Of a stretch of DNA of 64,000 bases, positions 58,045 through 64,000 are shown piece by piece. The notes under the pieces were generated by a model, which saw only the letters and a program-made list of their open reading frames with translations, had not been told where the DNA came from and ran no database searches. A program made the position numbers and the translations under genes. The stretch lies in contig CBDDDZ010000002.1 of assembly GCA_965226795.1 (NCBI GenBank), forward strand, positions 384,001-448,000, in the 5' to 3' direction. Every line of letters begins with the position of its first letter. Within the stretch, counting starts at the first letter, position 1. The DNA is from Candidatus Latescibacterota bacterium (GTDB taxonomy: Bacteria > Latescibacterota > UBA2968 > GCA-2709665).

Positions 58045-59235
58045 TCAGGGTCCGATATCCTCGACTCTTCCGATCTTGTTTCCGGATGGATCGGTAAACC
58101 AGATCCCGCCGTGCCGATCAACCGTCAGCCGTCCGACGCCTGAGACCGAAGACGGCAACTCAAGAATCCGAACGCTGGACGACTCGGGATCGAATCGCGC
58201 GATATATTTCGACTCATCACTCGCATACCAGATGCGCCCGTTCAGGTCCACGGCCAGGGAGAGTGGATCGGGCCCATCTTCAGGCAAGATATAGCTCACG
58301 AAATTCCCGGTCGCCAGGAGGTCCCACATGTGCAGCTGATAGGAATTCGTGGAAAACCAGATCTGTCCCCCGGCATCCAATACGAACTGTCTTATGGTCA
58401 AATCCTGGACGGGTACCGCAATCTCCACGATCTCTTTCGTTTCCGGATTCATCCGGCCGAATTTCCCGGCGGTGCGTTCCACAAATACCAGCACGCCGTC
58501 ACTATCGATCAGAATCTCGTCCAGACCTGCAGAGGAGGTGAACACAGGATACTCATCGAACGTACCGCGATCGGGATCGAAACGACCAATCTGGTTACCC
58601 GATTCCTGCGGGAACCAGAGATACCCCTTGCGGTCGAAAACGAGACCGCTCGGCCGGCTTCCCGGCGTGGGTACGGAATACATCCGGATTTCTTCGGAAA
58701 TCGGATCGAGCCGGCCGATCGCGTTTGCAACGATATCCGTGAACCAGACAATCCCGCGGCCGTCAACGGCAAGCCGGGCCGGCCGGCCGCCGGGGGTCGG
58801 CAACGGATATTCAGCGAATGTTTCAGTTGACGGATCGAAAAGGCCGATCTGGTTTGCGCCCATCTGCGTGAACCAGACGCGGCCCAGGACGTCCACCACG
58901 ATATCCTGAGGCTGGCTTCCCAGCGTTGGCAACGCATAGACATCCACGGAACCTACAGCGGGTTCCCCATCTATATGAGAATGCATCACCGTATGCTGGG
59001 CTTTGTCGTAAAGGCGCGCGAAGATCAGGAAATCCTGCAGATCGACGGAGCCGTCGCCGTTGAGGTCAAACCGCGTGTCCCCGGTTCCGAATGCCTGCGC
59101 CAGGAGGACAAAATCCCCGAAGTCGATCACGTCGTTATCGTCGAAATCGATGTCGGTAGTGGTCTGCGACAATGCGCTCGATATCAGGATGCCGACCGAA
59201 AACATCCATACCAGGATTTTTGGACGGATACTCAT
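58045..59235 (-). CDS. Secreted Vgb (virginiamycin B lyase)-like beta-propeller with N-terminal dockerin/EF-hand-like domain
   Basis: DFDDNDVIDFGDF..DLNGDGSVDLQDFLIF; about 7 repeats of GxVWFT..NxIGRxDP. Confidence 0.85.
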   Translation of the reverse strand: MSIRPKILVWMFSVGILISSALSQTTTDIDFDDNDVIDFGDFVLLAQAFGTGDTRFDLNGDGSVDLQDFLIFARLYDKAQHTVMHSHIDGEPAVGSVDVYALPTLGSQPQDIVVDVLGRVWFTQMGANQIGLFDPSTETFAEYPLPTPGGRPARLAVDGRGIVWFTDIVANAIGRLDPISEEIRMYSVPTPGSRPSGLVFDRKGYLWFPQESGNQIGRFDPDRGTFDEYPVFTSSAGLDEILIDSDGVLVFVERTAGKFGRMNPETKEIVEIAVPVQDLTIRQFVLDAGGQIWFSTNSYQLHMWDLLATGNFVSYILPEDGPDPLSLAVDLNGRIWYASDESKYIARFDPESSSVRILELPSSVSGVGRLTVDRHGGIWFTDPSGNKIGRVEDIGP

Positions 59236-59286
59236 CTGTTGTTCACACTCGAATTCCGCGCGATACGTGGATAAATGACTCCAGAG

Positions 59287-60768
59287 TCAACCGGGTCGGT
59301 TTCCGGCTCGGGCCAGTTCAAAGATTCCCCTGGCGGCTTCCAGGCGCACGCCCGGTTCCGCGTTATTGAGGTATGACCGAAGCGTCTCCAACTGTTTCAA
59401 ATCGCGCGACTGTGCCAATCCTCTCAGAGCCGCTGCCTGAAGGATCGCTTCTTCGCTCTGTTCAAGGATTTCCTTCAACGCCCTGTGCGCCTCCCGGAGC
59501 GTCATCTGTCCAAGCGCTTCAACAATGGTTTCTCTGGTTTCCAGCGACACGTCCTGTTGAAATGCCCACATTAGAACTACGACCGACTCCCCATCGTTGA
59601 TATTACCCAGAGCCTGCACTATCGCCCGCCGAACGGAATATTCCTTGCTGTTGGAGAACGCATTTTTCAGGGCCGGGATCCGCCTTGCATCACCGATGAT
59701 TCCCAGGATCTCAGCCGCCCGCCGTCGAAACGGACTGTGCACACTCTGCAAATCGTCTTCCAGTTCCTCTGAAATCCCGGCCCCGTGGCCGAGCGTTGCC
59801 AGGGACCACGCCGCGCTGAGCCGGAACGGTTGACTCTCGGGGCTGTAAAATGCGGACCGCAGGAGGTCCACGGCCGTTGAATCCTGAATCCACCCCAATC
59901 CCTCCGCGGCCAGCTCCCTGTCGAGCGCGTTTCCCTCCTCCAGCAGCCGCTCCTTGAGATAGGCGCCAATCGAACTTGCGGACAGTCCCCCCAGCGCTTC
60001 GAAACAGCGGATACGCAGGGACTGTTGCCAGGTGCTCTGTTTCGCCACCACCTCCAGGTGGGTCCTTGCTTCCGCCGTCCCGAACGTCTCCAGAGCCTCC
60101 ACCATGACCAGTGCCGTTGAGAGCTGTTTCGTCGAAATCAATGTATCCGCAATTTCGGGCAGGCTTTGCACGTCTGACAGTCCTGCAAGCGCCAACACGG
60201 CGGCGGACCGCACAACCGGATCCTGATCGTCCCGGAACGCCTGCCGCAGCGCCGGGGTGGTATCCCGGCTGCCCAGTTGACCGAGCGCGGCGGCGGCATT
60301 GAAACGGACCATGCTAAACTCGCCATTCCGGAGCGTCTCGGACAGCCACGGAATCATTGTACCGGGATTCAAGCGTTCAAGCGCCGCCGCTACCTCCACT
60401 TTCACGAAAGCGCTCCCGGTTCTTTCGAACAGACCCTGGAGAGCGCCAACGGCCTCCAGAACATCATGCTTACCCATTGCCTCGACCGCTCGCAGGACCA
60501 CGATCTCATCGGGATGGTTCAACAGGCCGGTAACTGCCGCTCCCATGTCCGCGCCGTCCAATTCCCCCAGCGCCGTTACCGCTTCCGCAACGAGGGCGCC
60601 GTCCAGTTCACCGTTGTGAACAAGACCGCGCAATGCGTTTAATGCGTCGTTTTCGGCGAGTTCCACGTCCTGTCGGCTTACGCCGCAACTCCACGCCGCA
60701 ACGCAGAACAGAATCATCCACACACACCGCGAACCCGGCCTCGGCCGCCCCCGTATTGGCTCACACAT
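59287..60768 (-). CDS. HEAT-repeat (PBS lyase-like) lipoprotein
   Basis: AWSC possible lipobox; repeated VRxxAAxALG. Confidence 0.85.
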   Translation of the reverse strand: MCEPIRGRPRPGSRCVWMILFCVAAWSCGVSRQDVELAENDALNALRGLVHNGELDGALVAEAVTALGELDGADMGAAVTGLLNHPDEIVVLRAVEAMGKHDVLEAVGALQGLFERTGSAFVKVEVAAALERLNPGTMIPWLSETLRNGEFSMVRFNAAAALGQLGSRDTTPALRQAFRDDQDPVVRSAAVLALAGLSDVQSLPEIADTLISTKQLSTALVMVEALETFGTAEARTHLEVVAKQSTWQQSLRIRCFEALGGLSASSIGAYLKERLLEEGNALDRELAAEGLGWIQDSTAVDLLRSAFYSPESQPFRLSAAWSLATLGHGAGISEELEDDLQSVHSPFRRRAAEILGIIGDARRIPALKNAFSNSKEYSVRRAIVQALGNINDGESVVVLMWAFQQDVSLETRETIVEALGQMTLREAHRALKEILEQSEEAILQAAALRGLAQSRDLKQLETLRSYLNNAEPGVRLEAARGIFELARAGNRPG

Positions 60769-60770
60769 CC

Positions 60771-62165
60771 CTATTCCACTCCCACCGTGCAGCGAAACCC
60801 GACATCGGACCGTCTTTCATTGGGTTCTGCCCAACTCGCGCCGGTACATTTCGCCCGTTTTTCGTCGTCAAGCCACGACCCGCCGTATATGGCACGGAGT
60901 TCTCTGTTTTTCCCATACCATCCGTCCACCCACTCCCACACATTACCCACCATATCCTGAACGCCATAAACGTTGGGGGCTCCTTTTGCCACTTCCGCGG
61001 CCCCCGCGTCCCAGGCCAGACCGGTCCGGCCCCTGGAGGGATCGTAACGCTTGCCGTAGGAATAGATATTGCCCGCCTCACCCACACAGGCCGCGACCCA
61101 TTCTTCCGACGTAGGCAGCCTCTTCACGAGTGAGCCGCAGTAGGCCTGCGCCTGTTCGTGCGTTATTCCGGTGGCCGGCATCCTTGCAGCGTCGGAAAAT
61201 TCATCCGGCCTGTAAGACGCGTCGAACGCCCGAAACGCCTCGACGCTGACTTCGTGCGGATCTATATAGAAAGTCCGGAAAGCAGAGGTCTCGATTTTCA
61301 GCATGCCTTTGACCGTTTCAGCAAAAGCAGCTGCTTTCCGCTCCGCCTCGGCCGCCCGGGTCTGTTCTTCCGCAAGTTCGGCATCCCGGGCAGTTTTTGC
61401 CTTTGCTTCAATCTTGGCCATCCGGGCCGCCTCTGCGGCCTTAATCGTGGCCTTGCGGCGGGCGGCTTCCCTGCGGACGCGCGTCTGAACGCTTCGCCGT
61501 GCGTCTGCCTCCGCCTCGGCCAAGCGAATCCGATCGGCGCCCGTCAGCGATCGGGCGCACCGAAATCCGTAATTGATCGATTTCAGTTCGACTTTCGCCC
61601 GCCTCGCGGAACCGCACCGCGTCGACCTGGGACCATCCGTCCACGAACCGCCGTACACCTTCTGCATCTCACCTTCGCCGTCGTCCACCCACTCCCACAC
61701 ATTTCCAGACATGTCGTACAGCCCTACCCCGTTTTTTTCGAAGCTCATCACCGCTTTGGGTCCGTCGGTCCAGGTTCTCCGTCCCACACGCGCCAGATTG
61801 GGGTCGTAATTGTTTCCGTAGGAGTACGCCGATCCCTCCAGGCCGCCGCAGGCCACGACCCATTCCTGGGACGTAGGCAGCCGTTTGCCCTGCGCTTCAC
61901 AGAACGCTTTCGCCTGTGTGAACGGGATTGCGGTGGCAGGTATTTTCGCATCATCGAAATAGGTGTATGCCGGGTGATAGTCGGGATCGAATGCCTTCAT
62001 CTGTTTGACCGTCACCTCGTGCCTGCTCATGTAAAAGCGTTCATGTCCGGTCTGCACCAAAACCATTTCTTCTCCCCGCGACTGAGCAGGAATCGCTGCC
62101 GGGATGAATCCAACCGAAATTGCGATCGCCAGACGTACCGCCCTGTTCCAAAAATATGTCACCAT
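60771..62165 (-). CDS. Secreted protein with two FGE-sulfatase (SUMF1/EgtB-like) domains joined by an Ala/Arg-rich coiled coil
   Basis: Twice HEV..KRLPT..EW..DM.GNVWEW..GGSW..GFRC. Confidence 0.92.
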   Translation of the reverse strand: MVTYFWNRAVRLAIAISVGFIPAAIPAQSRGEEMVLVQTGHERFYMSRHEVTVKQMKAFDPDYHPAYTYFDDAKIPATAIPFTQAKAFCEAQGKRLPTSQEWVVACGGLEGSAYSYGNNYDPNLARVGRRTWTDGPKAVMSFEKNGVGLYDMSGNVWEWVDDGEGEMQKVYGGSWTDGPRSTRCGSARRAKVELKSINYGFRCARSLTGADRIRLAEAEADARRSVQTRVRREAARRKATIKAAEAARMAKIEAKAKTARDAELAEEQTRAAEAERKAAAFAETVKGMLKIETSAFRTFYIDPHEVSVEAFRAFDASYRPDEFSDAARMPATGITHEQAQAYCGSLVKRLPTSEEWVAACVGEAGNIYSYGKRYDPSRGRTGLAWDAGAAEVAKGAPNVYGVQDMVGNVWEWVDGWYGKNRELRAIYGGSWLDDEKRAKCTGASWAEPNERRSDVGFRCTVGVE

Positions 62166-62181
62166 TCTCCCGCCGATGCAT

Positions 62182-62253
62182 CCCGGCTCGCTGCGTTGCC
62201 TTCGCTGGCCGATCTTGCACAGGTCGCCTCGCTCAGGCGCCTTGCGAGCCGGG
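62182..62253. repeat. Intergenic palindromic element
   Basis: Arms CCCGGCTCGC ... GCGAGCCGGG enclosing inner short stems. Confidence 0.5.
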
Positions 62254-62306
62254 CGACTCGTCGGCCGAATTTCGGCAATCTATTCCCGGGACAGAACAGC
62301 CGCACC

Positions 62307-63302
62307 TCAAAATTCCCCGAGCAATTCCTGACGTTCGTCGCCTTCGCCCAGAATCAGGCTGATATCCCATTCGGATTGGCCGTTTGCCGGCACCACCCCG
62401 CAGGCTTTCAGCCCCCACGCTGTATCAAGGCGGTCAACCTGCGACGTAGAGGGCTCCAGAGCCACGTGGTGGAGGTTGTTCCAGCCGCCCTCATTTATCC
62501 ACAAGCCCAGATGCGGGAGTTTTTTTGCCGGAAACAGAAAACCGATAAACTCCCCGTTCGGGTAGACCAGCGCGCATCGGCCCTGCTCGAGGCGCGTGGA
62601 AAAAAGCTTCTCGGCCTCTTTGGTACGGCTGGATCGAATCGAAGATCGGTTATAGGCCTTGTCCAGGGTCAGGTCCGTCACTTTGGGCCAGGCATGCCGT
62701 GTCATTGGCGGCCCCAGGCGGTCTTCTGTACTCAGGTACGAAACCACATCCGTGCCGGAAGGCATCAGGATACGCGCGCGGGTTTCCGCTTTGAAAAGTG
62801 GGTGGAACGCATAGACGAACGGCATTTCAAACGGGCTCTCATTCTCGACAGTGTAGGAAAACCGAATGTAGGGTTTTTTGCCGCGCGCCAATGTCTCGAA
62901 GCGGATGTCGCGTTTAAACACATACGGAAGCCGCACGCTTCTGACCCACATCTGCAGGCGACCCGGTTCGACTTCGTACTGCCATGGAAGCGTCCAGACC
63001 TCTCCATGGTCCGGTACCGGCACCCCTTCCCACGGAAAGACAGGATACGGACACCCTTCGACGGTGGGAAAACACTCGTCGGCCCCGTCGCGTTCGTAAT
63101 TCTCGAAGCGATCCCCATAGGTCCGGCTTCGGTAAGGTATATTGGTGCGCGAAAGAAATTCCCGGCCGGTCGTCTTATTGACAAGAGAGGTTATCTTCCC
63201 ACCCAGTTCGGGTACGACAACGAGGGAGAAAAAATCGGTGTCCAGCTTTATTCCCGAGATGTCCGGCGTCAGCTTCACCTCTTCCAGCTTGAATTTAGCC
63301 AT
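62307..63302 (-). CDS. Galactose mutarotase-like protein
   Basis: PELGGKITSL, GADECFPT, PDHGEVW, YAFHPLF, ALEP. Confidence 0.82.
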   Translation of the reverse strand: MAKFKLEEVKLTPDISGIKLDTDFFSLVVVPELGGKITSLVNKTTGREFLSRTNIPYRSRTYGDRFENYERDGADECFPTVEGCPYPVFPWEGVPVPDHGEVWTLPWQYEVEPGRLQMWVRSVRLPYVFKRDIRFETLARGKKPYIRFSYTVENESPFEMPFVYAFHPLFKAETRARILMPSGTDVVSYLSTEDRLGPPMTRHAWPKVTDLTLDKAYNRSSIRSSRTKEAEKLFSTRLEQGRCALVYPNGEFIGFLFPAKKLPHLGLWINEGGWNNLHHVALEPSTSQVDRLDTAWGLKACGVVPANGQSEWDISLILGEGDERQELLGEF

Positions 63303-63407
63303 ATATTCGTATCCTTTTCTTCTGTATACGGACCGAGCGGCCGGACATTATTCTCGCGAACGCTCTATGCTGACGCATCGCGCAGCAGTACCGTTCCACG
63401 AATCCTC

Positions 63408-64000
63408 CTACGGACCTCGTTCGGGAATTCTCTGTTGAACCAAACGGGAGATTTGTGCAACACCCAGCAGATCGAAATATTCTCGATCGTCGTCTCTGTG
63501 GCGAAATGGAACGTATTCCAGCATCCGGGCCAATACGCTGTTCTGTTTGGCAACTTCCTCCGGGATGGGAATATTGAGTCGTCCCATCACGTTTTTCAAT
63601 CGCACCCTTCCTTTACGGACCCATCCACCGTCGTAAGTGATATCGAGTGATCCCTCCGCCGTGCGAATGATCGGGACCGGATGCTCGGCCATTTTCAAGT
63701 CTTGAAGTGAGGTCTGGTATACTGCAATCCTGTAGGCATTGGGACTCCCATGCGCGTCGTAACCGTCCGGATAAAGCGGTTCCTCGGCCACCATTTTTCC
63801 CAGTTTGGCGTACAGTTCCTCTGTGCCCAGCGCAGTCGCTTCCAGCCTGTAGAGCGATTCCTTGCTCTCGACGTGGAAGAACTCCGCCCTGAGATTCAGA
63901 TGCATACCCTCGAACGGAGACGACCAGCTGAAGCCGTCGAAATTGCCGATCCTGTGGCTGCGCTTTATATAGTAGTGCGCCACACACACGGCGTCCACGT
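63408..64000 (-). CDS. Hypothetical protein, 5' end outside the window
   Basis: Open frame from the window edge to TAG at 63408. Confidence 0.7.
   Translation of the reverse strand, partial: VDAVCVAHYYIKRSHRIGNFDGFSWSSPFEGMHLNLRAEFFHVESKESLYRLEATALGTEELYAKLGKMVAEEPLYPDGYDAHGSPNAYRIAVYQTSLQDLKMAEHPVPIIRTAEGSLDITYDGGWVRKGRVRLKNVMGRLNIPIPEEVAKQNSVLARMLEYVPFRHRDDDREYFDLLGVAQISRLVQQRIPERGP

Noticed and set aside
60771..62165. Diversity-generating retroelement target (FGE/C-type lectin fold)
   Set aside because: No reverse transcriptase and no near-identical template repeat differing at adenines. The two domains are broadly diverged.
61158..63650. 830-aa + strand ORF
   Set aside because: Antisense shadow of well-supported minus-strand genes, with no motifs. 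The same applies to 22528-24105, 38761-40323, 5528-6442 and 42948-44063.
1..64000. tRNA/rRNA genes or intact transposase/integrase/phage genes
   Set aside because: None recognised by eye. tRNAscan-SE/Infernal were not run, so small RNAs could be missed.

Overview
Bacterial chromosomal window with high GC. The dockerin/EF-hand-like domain, internalin-like LRR lipoprotein and expanded secreted paralog families suggest an uncultured host-associated lineage such as sponge Latescibacterota (inference only). The left part (1-29 kb) is accessory. It holds two sigma54 signalling modules with recognisable -24/-12 promoters, an LRR lipoprotein, an array of 8 tandem paralogous ~145-aa lipoprotein genes with homologous ~160-bp spacers, a higBA pair with a frameshifted toxin, four larger secreted paralogs, a REP-flanked RAYT remnant, two phospholipid-related genes and a triply frameshifted ABC-2 operon with an attenuator-like leader. 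The right part (29.5-64 kb) is mostly core: lactonase, SPOR-mltD-mreD-mrdA-rodA (no mreBC here), dnaE, aroA, M48/LD-carboxypeptidase/MurC-like genes, fused glyQS, rsmD, an Fe3+-type ABC transporter and a Vgb/HEAT/double-FGE cluster. The most notable hidden item is a small gene at 51701-51979, absent from the ORF track. It is a DUF5069-like protein with an in-frame TGA at what I recall as the conserved Cys position, followed by a SECIS-like hairpin, so it is a candidate selenoprotein. Family assignments come from motif recognition, not database searches.
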